46,844 nt of DNA, taken from the IMG/VR virus record IMGVR_UViG_3300044711_000109, positions 1 to 46,844 of that record. One strand, 5' to 3'. The notes below the pieces were generated by a model. The model did no database searches. It saw only the letters and a list, made by a program, of their open reading frames with translations, and was not told the DNA's origin. A program made the translations under genes and the position numbers. Source of the stretch: a virus. Positions 23,510 through 33,063 of the stretch are shown one piece after another (position 1 is the stretch's first letter; the number at the start of each line of letters is the position of its first letter).

Positions 23510-24147
23510 GCAAAGACACCCATCAACTTCTCAACGAAGTGCTGAAAGGCCAAGCGGAACTGGCTGGCAAGGTCGACCGGCTGGCCGCGATCGTCATCGC
23601 CAACAGCGGTAGCGAGGAGCCGGAACCGTCCGGTCCGATCGCGCCGCTTCCGACCTCGCCTCCGAAGCCGCGTGGGTCCGGTCTCGGCCCCTACGCATCG
23701 CTGAAGGAAGCCGCCACGGCCGCCGAACTGCTCAACATGAAGGGCGGGCAGGACCTGCTCGGAGTGCTCGCGGCTCCGGGCGCTGGTGAGTTCACGCTCG
23801 CCCCCGACATCGACGTGACGACCAAGGGATTCCTCCCCGGCTTCGTCTGGCATCACGACCAGGGCCGCTTTGCCAACGGATTCGAGATGTTCACCCCGTC
23901 ACCCGGTGGCATCATCAACTCCGAGTTCAAAACGCTCGACGAAGCCAAGACCGCAGCGGACGCGCAGGGACCGAACCGCGACGTCATCGAGGTTAGCCCG
24001 ACGCTGTTCGTTGTGTGGCCCAAGGCGATCGGCAGCGGCCGCCCGCCGGGACCCACGGTCTACACGACGCCGATGCCGCCGGAGGTTCCGGACGTGAAGC
24101 ATCCCGGCGCCGACGCTCCCGGCACCGATCACGAAGGGCGGGGGTAG
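23506..24147 (+). CDS. Hypothetical protein with a Pro-rich linker (213 aa)
   Basis: This is the track ORF, with an ATGA overlap with the upstream gene. Confidence 0.6.
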   Translation: MSKDTHQLLNEVLKGQAELAGKVDRLAAIVIANSGSEEPEPSGPIAPLPTSPPKPRGSGLGPYASLKEAATAAELLNMKGGQDLLGVLAAPGAGEFTLAPDIDVTTKGFLPGFVWHHDQGRFANGFEMFTPSPGGIINSEFKTLDEAKTAADAQGPNRDVIEVSPTLFVVWPKAIGSGRPPGPTVYTTPMPPEVPDVKHPGADAPGTDHEGRG

Positions 24148-24151
24148 GTCG

Positions 24152-24502
24152 ATGAGAAAGCAACTGGTCCCGTTTCTGCTGCTCGTCATCCTCACAATCG
24201 CGGCTCCCGCGTCCGCGCAGTACGAAGGCGGCTGCTGGAACTGCTGGAACGATTACTCCGAGACCGCGCAGTGCAGTGCCGCGTGGCCCAACGACGCCTA
24301 CGCTTACTCGCGCTGCGACGTCGTTCCGGCGCCGTACCCGTTCGTCGGCGCCACGTGTCTGTTCTCGGGCGCGTCGTGCGACATGTACGAGCCGAGCGCG
24401 GCGCTGGAGTGGAAGCCGGGCGGCGTGTTCGTCCGGGTCAAGCGGATGGCGCCGCGAGCGCGCGACTACTACACGGTGCTGCGAAACGAATCCACGGGAT
24501 GA
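24152..24502 (+). CDS. Secreted Cys-rich protein (116 aa)
   Basis: Signal peptide is MRKQLVPFLLLVILTIAAPASAQ. The mature part has six Cys residues. Confidence 0.65.
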   Translation: MRKQLVPFLLLVILTIAAPASAQYEGGCWNCWNDYSETAQCSAAWPNDAYAYSRCDVVPAPYPFVGATCLFSGASCDMYEPSAALEWKPGGVFVRVKRMAPRARDYYTVLRNESTG

Positions 24503-24527
24503 CGAAGTGGCACCACATTCGGAGCGG

Positions 24528-24557
24528 GGGCGCTGGCGCGAGTCGGCGCCCTTTTTC
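24528..24557 (+). terminator. Rho-independent terminator at the convergence of the + and - arms
   Basis: GGGCGCT-ggcgcgagtc-GGCGCCC followed by TTTTTC. It overlaps the stop of the 24557..25987 (-) gene. Confidence 0.65.
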
Positions 24558-25987
24558 TATTGCGCGCTCAGCCCCGGAATACGAACCGCCCTCCCGGTTT
24601 GAGCTTTCCCCGCTTGCGCATTGCCCTGGCCCATTCGCTGAGTGCCGTCCGAAACGTTCCATTCGACCTGATTGACGAAGGCGCGGGCGATGTGGAAGGG
24701 GACTTCGATCTCTGTTCCGTCGGGGTTTTCATAGCTCACCTTTTTGCCCGCGAGGATCTGCCGCGCGATCTCCGGCTTTCCCTGCGCCTGCTCGAGCGCG
24801 CCACTCACGGCCGCGTGGACCGCTTCATCATGGCCGTATTCGTCATCCAGGGCCAGCCCTCCAGCCACCCGCGCTCCGATCGTCAGCACGTCGCCGACGG
24901 AGCCGGACTGGATCGCCTTCGCGAGGCCTGTCTTCACGACGGCGGAAGTCGTCTTCCACAGCGGGTTGGTCATGATCTTGCGCGCGATGCCGAGGACTTC
25001 CGATCCGCCTAGGACGGCCGCGATCACACTGTGCGGCACACCGAGGACTTTTGCGGCCGTGCCCATGACTACTTCTGAGATGGCCCGATTCCTCGCGCCG
25101 GCCGTGACTGGCTTCGTGGTCGACGCCTCCGGTGCGGCGTTCAGAACTTCGTTCCAAATTCGCTGTTCGGGAGTGAGCGGCTTCGATCCTGCGTAGCGAC
25201 CACCGGGCCCACGCGTAGACGCTTCGAATGGTGCCCCTTGCTCGGTCGCGGCGGCGGCAAAATCCTTACGGGGGTTGCTCGTTCGGATGCCCTCGTTCCG
25301 GAGCACATCACCCATGGACTCGCGGAGCGGGTTGGTGCCAGCGGGGTCAACGACACTCGCCATGCCGGCGGAGGCAGACCGGTCGGCAGCGGCGCCGATG
25401 CGCTCGGCCACGCGTCCCAGGCCGCGCCCGACGGCCGGGTGCTGCGCCGCGGCGATCGTCCCGAGGGTCGTACCGCTCTCGATCGCGCGCAGGTTCTCTT
25501 CCTTGGTCGGTGGACGCCCCTCGGCCACAGCTCGAGCAGGCTTGGAGACATCCGCCACTGGCCGCCCAATCATCGGCAGGTAGCCCTCACGAAGGTCCTT
25601 GACGGCGCCCTTGGTCGTCCCGTAGAGCCCGAAGCTGGCCATGTCCGCCAGCTTCTCAGCGAGCCGTACGGCCGCTTCGTGGCCGGTCTGGGGGATGCCC
25701 GCCTCCTCTATCGAGGTTGGCATGCCGAGGCCGTGAGCCACGCCCCGAGCTCCCGCCATAGCCATTTCACCGCCGGTCATCCCGTCGACCGAGAATTGAT
25801 CCTGCGAGGTAACCCCGCGCCCAGCCTTCACGTCCTCGGGAGTCAGGCCGCGGGAAGCGAGGCTCCTTTTCGCCGAACTGGCTGGGGAGAGGATATCCGT
25901 CTCGATCGCGTGAGTGATCTCGTCATCGGACATGTCGTCCGGAAACGCGATCACGCCCACACCCTGCACGTTGATGTGCTGGGGCAT
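24557..25987 (-). CDS. Internal virion / ejection-like protein (476 aa)
   Basis: ATG 25987 overlaps the upstream stop (TGATG). It is the last gene of the virion operon, Gly/Ala-rich, with no recognisable enzymatic motif. Confidence 0.45.
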   Translation of the reverse strand: MPQHINVQGVGVIAFPDDMSDDEITHAIETDILSPASSAKRSLASRGLTPEDVKAGRGVTSQDQFSVDGMTGGEMAMAGARGVAHGLGMPTSIEEAGIPQTGHEAAVRLAEKLADMASFGLYGTTKGAVKDLREGYLPMIGRPVADVSKPARAVAEGRPPTKEENLRAIESGTTLGTIAAAQHPAVGRGLGRVAERIGAAADRSASAGMASVVDPAGTNPLRESMGDVLRNEGIRTSNPRKDFAAAATEQGAPFEASTRGPGGRYAGSKPLTPEQRIWNEVLNAAPEASTTKPVTAGARNRAISEVVMGTAAKVLGVPHSVIAAVLGGSEVLGIARKIMTNPLWKTTSAVVKTGLAKAIQSGSVGDVLTIGARVAGGLALDDEYGHDEAVHAAVSGALEQAQGKPEIARQILAGKKVSYENPDGTEIEVPFHIARAFVNQVEWNVSDGTQRMGQGNAQAGKAQTGRAVRIPGLSAQ

Positions 25988-27393
25988 CAGTGCCTCACGA
26001 GCCCCTTGCCGGGGACGTAGGTTCCGACCACGCCGCCAGCGGGCGCGGCGGAGGGCCCTTCGCCATGCTTCGGAAGCGTCACGTTCGGGTTGTACGTGTT
26101 GCCGACGTTCGCCGCCACACCGGCCGTCACGATGGAATTGCGGCGAATCGCGAGGTTCTTCTCCAGGAGGTCCACGTTGGCGAGCAGCGTCGGCAGCGAC
26201 CAGTTCGACTGCAGCACCTTCGCTGCTTGCTTCAGCGATTCGTCGGTCGGCGAGTTGCCACCGCGGTAGACGACGGACAGCTCCGATTGCATCTCGACGA
26301 TTTGCGAGTCGAGCTTCGTTGCGATGGCCTGAGCATCCGGTCCCATGGCGCCCTGCTTTGCCGCCTCGAGCGACACTTTGTTCAGCAGCGGGAAGCGCCC
26401 GCCTTTCCACTGCTCGGCCAAATCCTTCACGAGCCCCAGCGACTCATACGCGAAGTCCACGGCCTGACGCAGACGCACCTGCCCAGGCCCGTTGAGCGTC
26501 GAGAGGTAGCGTTCGGTCGCCTTCCAATCCTGCGTTGCCTTGGTGAGGTCGTAACCCTGCGCGGCGAGGGCGGCGCGGACCGGCCCCTCCAGCGTGCGGC
26601 TCTGAACGACGGGCGGCTGCTCGCCCTTGATGATCGCGGCCGCGATGGCCTCGCCCTGCGATCCGGACTGCGCGGAGCGGCTGGCGGCGGCCGCGATGCC
26701 TGCCCGCTTCAGCGCCCCGGCTTCCTGCATGCCGGTGGTGGTGATCTGCGTCTTCGCCGCCAAATCCTGCGCGGCCGTCGGCATCGCCCCGGCATCACGC
26801 CGGAGTGATTCGGTGTACGCCGACGCAGGCGTTCCTTTCGGTGGGGCCGCCGCTTCTGGCTGGCGCTGCGCCTGATCGGCGAACTGCTGCGGGCTCATCG
26901 CGCGGCCGAGGTCCTTTTCCTGAGTGAATGCGCGGGCCTGAACGTCGGGTGAGCCACTGGCCGCGATGCCGCTCTGCGTCTCGGCAAACTTCCCGACGTT
27001 CGCGCGCGTCCGGTCCGCCATCGTCGGCTGACCGGCGAGCCGCTGCGCGATGCCCATCACATCCACATTCGGATGCTGCGCCATGAACGCTTGCAAATTC
27101 TTCTGTGCCGTGGCTCGCCCTTCCGGGGTGCCATCGTTGAACGGCTCAATCGCTTTGCTCGCCCAATCGGCGACCATCTTGATTTCGGCCTGCTGCTCTT
27201 GCTGACTCTTCGCGAGGCCGAGTGTTCCACGCGAAACCTCGCCCTCGGTGTCGGCGCGCTGCTGCTCGATGCCGATGCGCTTGCGCTCCACGTCCATCGC
27301 ATTCCGCTGCGCCTGCGAGCGCGAGTAGCGGTCGGCGAACTGCCCGATGATGTCGGCGGGGTTCGGTGAATCTAGCGTGATGATGTTCGCCAT
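25987..27393 (-). CDS. Internal virion / ejection-like protein (468 aa)
   Basis: ATG follows GAGGACGAA. It is helical and Q/A-rich. The call rests on position only. Confidence 0.45.
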   Translation of the reverse strand: MANIITLDSPNPADIIGQFADRYSRSQAQRNAMDVERKRIGIEQQRADTEGEVSRGTLGLAKSQQEQQAEIKMVADWASKAIEPFNDGTPEGRATAQKNLQAFMAQHPNVDVMGIAQRLAGQPTMADRTRANVGKFAETQSGIAASGSPDVQARAFTQEKDLGRAMSPQQFADQAQRQPEAAAPPKGTPASAYTESLRRDAGAMPTAAQDLAAKTQITTTGMQEAGALKRAGIAAAASRSAQSGSQGEAIAAAIIKGEQPPVVQSRTLEGPVRAALAAQGYDLTKATQDWKATERYLSTLNGPGQVRLRQAVDFAYESLGLVKDLAEQWKGGRFPLLNKVSLEAAKQGAMGPDAQAIATKLDSQIVEMQSELSVVYRGGNSPTDESLKQAAKVLQSNWSLPTLLANVDLLEKNLAIRRNSIVTAGVAANVGNTYNPNVTLPKHGEGPSAAPAGGVVGTYVPGKGLVRH

Positions 27394-27400
27394 TTCGTCC

Positions 27401-29620
27401 TCACGGCTTCACGACAACGCTGCCGAACGGGAAGTTACTGAAAATGTCACTCATCCCAGACAAGCCGCCGAGGCCGAGCTTGAAGAGATCGATCATGAAC
27501 GATCCGATGTTCTTCTCGCGGTCGACCCCCAGGCCCGCGAGTCCGAGCTTGTAATTGAGGTCCGCGCCGTACATCCCCGCGCCGGCCGCCGCGGACGCTG
27601 CCGCCTGCGTTGCGGCCGCATGAATGGATGCCGCGCTGACCGACGCGTCCGCCGAATACTGGATGCCCTTCAGTTGCAGGTCCGCTTGGTACCGCTGGAG
27701 CACGTCGTTGACGTCGATGCCGTACTTTTTGAGCGCGTTGTCTTCCGTCGCCAGCCACCGCGCGAGGTCGGCGTTGGTCTGCACGTTGTCGCGTGAAAGC
27801 TGAGCGTTGATGTCGGTAACGTACTTTTGCATCCCGGCCTCGGTCGCGAACCCTGCAAACTTGGTCTGCTGGTCCATCTTGGCGAGGTACTCCTTCGACA
27901 GCTCGCCCGCGAGCGCGGCGGACTGCTGGCCAGAAAGATCGCTGACCGCCTGATTCCGATTCGCCCCGAAGCCGCCCGACGAGATGACATCCGACCCGAG
28001 CGCGGCGCCGGCGGCGTTGATGTCACCGATCGCGTTCTGCCGCTGGCGGGCGAACATCGGGTTGAGCAGGCTCTCGACGCCCGGCTGCTGAGAGTTGCCG
28101 TAGGTCGACGAGTAGAGGTCGATCAGCCGCTGGATTTCGTCGGATGGGGCGGCGTTAGGATCGGGCGGCGGGGGCGGGGTGGTGGTGAGCGGTGTGCTCG
28201 GCACGTGTGCGGGTGGCGCTGGCGGCCCCCCAGGCGTGCCGGGAGGCGGCGTGGTAGGTGTGGGCGCTGTCGGCGGCAAAGGCTCCCCGCGTGGGCCCGT
28301 AGGCGTTGGAGGGGTGCTTCCCTGGCCGGTGCCCGGAGTGCCGCCGCGGGTCGGTTCTTGGGGCGCCGGGGGCGGCATCTGCCCGCCACCGGTGGGCGGC
28401 GCCGGCGGTGGCGGATTCTGCGCCGGTGTCGGTCCACCGGCCGCCAACCATTCAACAATGCTGCCCTGAAATCCGGATGTTCGATACGCGACAACAGTCT
28501 GCGCGGTGATGTTCGCGTAGGCCGGATTGAGGTACTGAAACTTTCTGTACCAAGATGCCGCGATTTCAGGGTCTTCCGTTCCGGCAGGTTTCGGTGGTGG
28601 GTTGTTCGGGCCGTACGGCGTGCCCCTCGGATCGACCGTGTCGGTGCCGGTGCTCATGTTCCCAGGAGTTACCCCGGGTGTCTGCCCCGGAACTGAGCCT
28701 GGCGGCGGTGGTGTCGGTGGGGCCGGTGGTGGCACCTGAGATGACGGAGGCGGCGTCTGCGTTTCGGTTTGATCGGGACCAGGAACTGTCTGGTCTGGAT
28801 TCTGTACTTCCGGCGTGGATTGCGGCGACACAGTGAACGATTGCGCAGCCACATGCGGTGTTCCCGGCACCGGCATATTTGTAACGGGCGCAGAGGGTGG
28901 CATCGACGGGTAGTTCGGCGCTGGAGTTGGCGGCATGCTCGGGCTACCGCCACCCGGTGACGGGGCGGGCGCTGGAGGCATCGATGGCCCTGATGGATAT
29001 TGCCAAGGCGGAGTTTGGTAGGGGCCTTCGTAAGTCGGCCGTCTTGATGGGTCGGCCGAAGCAGGCGGCGCGGACGGTGAAGGTTGGACAGGCGGCGCAG
29101 AAGACGACTGCTGAGTGAAGCCGGTCGGCGGAAACGGCACCCCGCCTGCGCCATGCTGCGGGTTGTATCCGAACACCGGCTCAGGCTGACCGGCTGGCGG
29201 CAACGGCTTCATGCCCCCACCGTGATTCTTCGTCGGGTCGTACCCGAAGATCGGCTCCGTCGAATATAGCGAGGGCGCAGGCTTGCTGCCGGGGTTCCGT
29301 GGATCGTACGCCGGAGTCGGTGGGATGCCGCCACCCTGCTGCGGAAAGGGCGTGAGAACCCCGCCCTGATGCCCCTGCGGATTGTAGCCAAATGGCGATT
29401 GCGGCGGGCCTTGCTGCTGCGGCGGTTTTTCTGGTCCGCCTCTCGGCTGCATCGCGCCGTTGAATGCCATCACGTGATTGAGTGCGTCGGTGAACGGGTT
29501 GCCGGTCGACTTCCGCTCGTTCGCCGCGTTGCCCATCGAGCCGGGCGTGAGCGAGCCCAGGGTGCCGTCCGCCCAGCCGCCGCCGGTGGTCGAGAAAGGA
29601 TCTTCAGGCCAGATGGTCAT
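27401..29620 (-). CDS. Very proline-rich internal virion-like protein (739 aa) with FGY(N/D)P repeats
   Basis: The N-terminal ~480 aa is P/G/T/Q low-complexity sequence with three FGYNP/FGYDP units. The C-terminal ~250 aa is ordered and helical. Confidence 0.5.
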   Translation of the reverse strand: MTIWPEDPFSTTGGGWADGTLGSLTPGSMGNAANERKSTGNPFTDALNHVMAFNGAMQPRGGPEKPPQQQGPPQSPFGYNPQGHQGGVLTPFPQQGGGIPPTPAYDPRNPGSKPAPSLYSTEPIFGYDPTKNHGGGMKPLPPAGQPEPVFGYNPQHGAGGVPFPPTGFTQQSSSAPPVQPSPSAPPASADPSRRPTYEGPYQTPPWQYPSGPSMPPAPAPSPGGGSPSMPPTPAPNYPSMPPSAPVTNMPVPGTPHVAAQSFTVSPQSTPEVQNPDQTVPGPDQTETQTPPPSSQVPPPAPPTPPPPGSVPGQTPGVTPGNMSTGTDTVDPRGTPYGPNNPPPKPAGTEDPEIAASWYRKFQYLNPAYANITAQTVVAYRTSGFQGSIVEWLAAGGPTPAQNPPPPAPPTGGGQMPPPAPQEPTRGGTPGTGQGSTPPTPTGPRGEPLPPTAPTPTTPPPGTPGGPPAPPAHVPSTPLTTTPPPPPDPNAAPSDEIQRLIDLYSSTYGNSQQPGVESLLNPMFARQRQNAIGDINAAGAALGSDVISSGGFGANRNQAVSDLSGQQSAALAGELSKEYLAKMDQQTKFAGFATEAGMQKYVTDINAQLSRDNVQTNADLARWLATEDNALKKYGIDVNDVLQRYQADLQLKGIQYSADASVSAASIHAAATQAAASAAAGAGMYGADLNYKLGLAGLGVDREKNIGSFMIDLFKLGLGGLSGMSDIFSNFPFGSVVVKP

Positions 29621-30459
29621 GGCTTGTATTTACCCCCGCCGCCCTTATAGAAGTCCTCGTAGCCGAGGCCGTAGCCGAACCCCTGACCGCCGCCGAGGCG
29701 CTCCGGCGCGAACTGGCCGGGATCGTTCGCGAGCCGATTCTCCTGGCCGCGGTTGAACTGTCCGGCGGCGCCTGAAGCGAAGCCGGGATCGTACGGCGTG
29801 CGCGGCGGCCGATGCGTCACTCCGGCCGGAGTGAGGTCGACTCCGCTGAAATCCTTGCCGCGGGGGAGCGTCTGTTGCTTCCCGAACTTCGACGCCACGA
29901 AGCTGATGATGGTGGCGAGCGGGAGGCCCTGGCCAAGCAGAACCTGCGCGAGCTTCACCGCCTGCGGCCCCCACGCCTTGATGTCGTCCCACGTGTAGTT
30001 TTTCGCGGTGTCCTGCTGATCCGGCAGCCCACCGAACGGATCGCCTGCGCTGCCGGCCGGCGAGGTGATGTGCCCGAAGGGATCCCCCGGCACGCCCGTT
30101 GGGCCTGATCCGTCGCTGGTCAACCCTGGCGGCTTGGACGTTGCCCCCGTGCCGGCCGCGCCGGAGCTCGGCCGCGCCGGCATCTTCGTCCAGTCGATCG
30201 ACGGGACCTTGATCCCGCCCATGAACGCCGGGTTGTTGAGGTCGGGATTCATGCCGCTCAGCCCGCGGAGGAACTGGTCGGTGTACGCGCCGGAATAGTC
30301 GAAGAGGCTCTTCTTCGCGTCGGTGGACCACTGCTCGTTTGCGGTCAGCGGGGCTTCGTAGAAGTTTGGCTTCTGGCCAGACCGAGTGATTTGCAGAATG
30401 GCCGCGGCGGCTGCCGCCAACGACCCCCAATCCGTTCCTTGTGATGTCGTGTCTGGCAT
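29617..30459 (-). CDS. Gly-rich virion-associated protein (280 aa)
   Basis: ATG 30459 follows GAGGTGGGGGCG. The track start is GTG 30468. The C-terminus is GGGQGFGYGLGYEDFYKGGGGKYKP. Confidence 0.5.
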   Translation of the reverse strand: MPDTTSQGTDWGSLAAAAAAILQITRSGQKPNFYEAPLTANEQWSTDAKKSLFDYSGAYTDQFLRGLSGMNPDLNNPAFMGGIKVPSIDWTKMPARPSSGAAGTGATSKPPGLTSDGSGPTGVPGDPFGHITSPAGSAGDPFGGLPDQQDTAKNYTWDDIKAWGPQAVKLAQVLLGQGLPLATIISFVASKFGKQQTLPRGKDFSGVDLTPAGVTHRPPRTPYDPGFASGAAGQFNRGQENRLANDPGQFAPERLGGGQGFGYGLGYEDFYKGGGGKYKP

Positions 30460-30469
30460 CGCCCCCACC

Positions 30470-32761
30470 TCACACGGTTACTGCGTTGGTCCACGGCAAT
30501 TCACCGCGCTTGACTTCGAGTTTAACATCCAACTTCGATATCGACCATTTGCCCGATCCACCGCTTCCCTCGCATCTGAACCTGAGCATGACGGTAGGCC
30601 CAACAGTCGCGAATTCCAGGAGTATCCGCGCGCCTCGAGATGCATCAAACGTCGCGGGGTAGCCTGGCGGCGTTGTCCACGTAACGCCACGATCATGCGA
30701 GAACGCGATGCTGATGTTCTGCCCCGTGAGCGATACGCCTTGCCCAAGAGTAATTCCGGCCCCAAGAATTGCCGCCTCATAACGTGGCGCGAATAGCTCG
30801 ATGGCTTTGGGAATCACGTCGTAGATGATCGCGTACTCCGTCCCCGTGTTGGCGATCGTATCCTTCGCCGAGGAGGTCTCCATGAAGCGCGTCACGCCCG
30901 CGCCGCCGTACGACACGAGCATCCGTTTGCCGATCGTGTCGTACATCATCGAGCGCACCTCGGCGCCGTTCGGGCAGTCGATCACTGACCACGCTTGCGA
31001 GGGGATGTGGAAGACGTAAATCTTCGCCTTTTGCGTGTAGACCCAAACCTCTTTATTTCGATGGTCGACGGCGAGGATGGGCATCTTGTAGGTGGTCTGG
31101 CTCTCGACCCAGTCGGCGCCCTGCGCGTTGATCTCCTCGCGCATACCTTCGCCGCCGAATTCGACCGGTTCGCCGCCGTCCGCGTTCATGCGGTAGACGC
31201 CATCCTCGCCGATCCAGAATAGCTCTTTGCCCCATGTGTCCCACGCGCGCGGGCCGAGGCAGCCGACCTCCACGTTCGACGATTCGGGGAGGATCGGCAT
31301 GTTGCGATCGGTGGTGCGCTTGAAGACCCAGAAGCCGCGGCGCTTCGCGACCCAATAGCGCCCCTGCGGACCGCCGCCGATGACACCCGCAGCCGTTGGG
31401 AGCCCCGCCACTTCGGAGAGCTTGAAGGAGTTCTGAGCGCGGATGCTTTTCGGCAATCCGATGTCCGACCAAATGATCGCGTCGAGGTTGACAGTCCGCG
31501 TCGCGGTGCTCTCGGCGTTCACGAACGGGAAGTAGAAGTCGCCGGCGGTGTACTGCTGCCCGTAATTCTGCTTGGCTGGGTTGGTGTCGCCGAGCGCATC
31601 GCGAAAAGAGAAGTTGATCGGATGCAACTCGAAGGTCGGAACGGCCGTGTTGCCGAAGACGATCATCACCTGTACGAGATAATCGTCAGGGGTCGGCGGT
31701 AGCTCGGCCGGTACGAAGTCGCTGATCCACGCCGCGTCGGTCGCCGTGGCGTTGACGATGGTTGTTTCCGTCGCTCCGAGAATTTCCGACATGAAGGCGC
31801 GCCAGGTGATCCCGTTGTCGACGACGGTCGCCCGCAGCGTTGTCGGCCACACCGGCTCCGCTCCCGCGTCAGTCGTACCCGCGTTGTCGGCGCGGTAGAC
31901 GAAGCCATTGGAGGCCGATGGGGTGATCAGGCCACCGGCCGAGACGGCCTGCCCTTGATTCCACGGAGCGGACAGCCGAACCTTCAGGGTCAGCGGCATG
32001 TTGTACACCGCCGAGACAGCCTGAAAATCGCCGCGGTAGACGCGCTTGACCGGCGCCGTGAGCGCGACCACCGATTCCGCCTGGGTGTAGGCGTACGCGG
32101 TCGTCGTGTTCGTCGGGGTGAGCCGTCCCGTCGTAGAGGTTCCGGCGACCACGTCATCCGTCTCGACATTCGCGAGGTTCCAGTTTCCTCCAGAGGCGAG
32201 GTACGCTTTCGTCGTTCCGAGCAGGTTCGTGATGGGGGCGCGCACGTACGCCAGAAACAGCCGTTCGATGAAGGCCGTCACCGTGCGCGCGAAAATCGGC
32301 GTATTGAACGGCGTCGCGGAAACGTTGGTGCCGTCGTACGAAAGCGCGGCGGTGGGCGTCCCGGCGCCGTCGTCGAACATCGCGTAGAGCTTGCCGTAGA
32401 TGTTCGCGAAGTCGGTCAGGCGCGTTCCGAAGGTGGCCGAGGTCCCGGAGTCCCACGCGAGCCCAGTCGTCGGCTTCTTGTAAATCTTCGTCGCGTCGAA
32501 AGCCATCGTGGACGTGCGCTGATTGGTCAGGTCCTCCCACCGCGCCAGGCCCATCACGCTCATCAGCGTGTCGTACACGAACGGCGGGCGGCCGTCCCAC
32601 CGGTTCGGGCGGATCATGTAGTTCCGCAGCGCGCGAACGGTGCCCTCCGGCTGCGCGGTCGGCGAGTCAGCCGACGACGGATCGCCGGCGGACCACATGC
32701 CGCCCATACGCAGCGGGATCGTGCGCGTTCTATCGGCTGCTGTGGATGAGGCGGCCACCAT
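30470..32761 (-). CDS. Large tail structural protein (nozzle / tail-tubular-B-sized, 763 aa)
   Basis: ATG 32761 overlaps the upstream stop (TAATG). The protein is beta-rich. It shares an NGFxY...EPxWPT...TVVDN..ITW module with 33513..34460. Confidence 0.5.
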   Translation of the reverse strand: MVAASSTAADRTRTIPLRMGGMWSAGDPSSADSPTAQPEGTVRALRNYMIRPNRWDGRPPFVYDTLMSVMGLARWEDLTNQRTSTMAFDATKIYKKPTTGLAWDSGTSATFGTRLTDFANIYGKLYAMFDDGAGTPTAALSYDGTNVSATPFNTPIFARTVTAFIERLFLAYVRAPITNLLGTTKAYLASGGNWNLANVETDDVVAGTSTTGRLTPTNTTTAYAYTQAESVVALTAPVKRVYRGDFQAVSAVYNMPLTLKVRLSAPWNQGQAVSAGGLITPSASNGFVYRADNAGTTDAGAEPVWPTTLRATVVDNGITWRAFMSEILGATETTIVNATATDAAWISDFVPAELPPTPDDYLVQVMIVFGNTAVPTFELHPINFSFRDALGDTNPAKQNYGQQYTAGDFYFPFVNAESTATRTVNLDAIIWSDIGLPKSIRAQNSFKLSEVAGLPTAAGVIGGGPQGRYWVAKRRGFWVFKRTTDRNMPILPESSNVEVGCLGPRAWDTWGKELFWIGEDGVYRMNADGGEPVEFGGEGMREEINAQGADWVESQTTYKMPILAVDHRNKEVWVYTQKAKIYVFHIPSQAWSVIDCPNGAEVRSMMYDTIGKRMLVSYGGAGVTRFMETSSAKDTIANTGTEYAIIYDVIPKAIELFAPRYEAAILGAGITLGQGVSLTGQNISIAFSHDRGVTWTTPPGYPATFDASRGARILLEFATVGPTVMLRFRCEGSGGSGKWSISKLDVKLEVKRGELPWTNAVTV

Positions 32762-33057
32762 TACCGAGCCCCCACCTTCACCGTATAGCGCCCGTAGTAG
32801 GCGTGGAAAACGACCACGCGATCCGTCCAGGCATCGCGGTCCTTCTCGTCCGCCCACCAGCTCCCATCCTGCCACTGGCTGACGTCGATGTCCGTTGGAA
32901 CTCTTCCGAGGTCATGAGGGACGAGAACGGCATTTCCGGTGGCGGAGCAAAAGACGGTGACCGGATCGCCCCACGCGATGACCGGACGAAGGTTCGATTC
33001 CAGCGCCGCGTTTACGCTGTTGAGATCGAGCCGGTCAACGCTATCAACGCGATCCAT
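32761..33057 (-). CDS. Hypothetical virion-module protein (98 aa)
   Basis: This is the track ORF, tightly packed within the operon. Confidence 0.55.
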   Translation of the reverse strand: MDRVDSVDRLDLNSVNAALESNLRPVIAWGDPVTVFCSATGNAVLVPHDLGRVPTDIDVSQWQDGSWWADEKDRDAWTDRVVVFHAYYGRYTVKVGAR

Positions 33058-33063
33058 CGAGCC

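Noticed and set aside
29375-29389. ctgcggattgtagcc, which resembles the 17-mer promoter core in reverse complement (GGCTACAATCCGCAG)
   Set aside because: It lies deep inside the 739-aa gene and simply encodes GYNPQ in one of the FGYNP repeats. There is no -35 box and no downstream start.
28100-29400. Repetitive GC-rich DNA that might be mistaken for a CRISPR or tandem-repeat array
   Set aside because: The repeats are imperfect, without regular spacers, and they stay in frame within the 739-aa Pro-rich ORF (PPxP runs and FGYNP units). This is coding low-complexity sequence.
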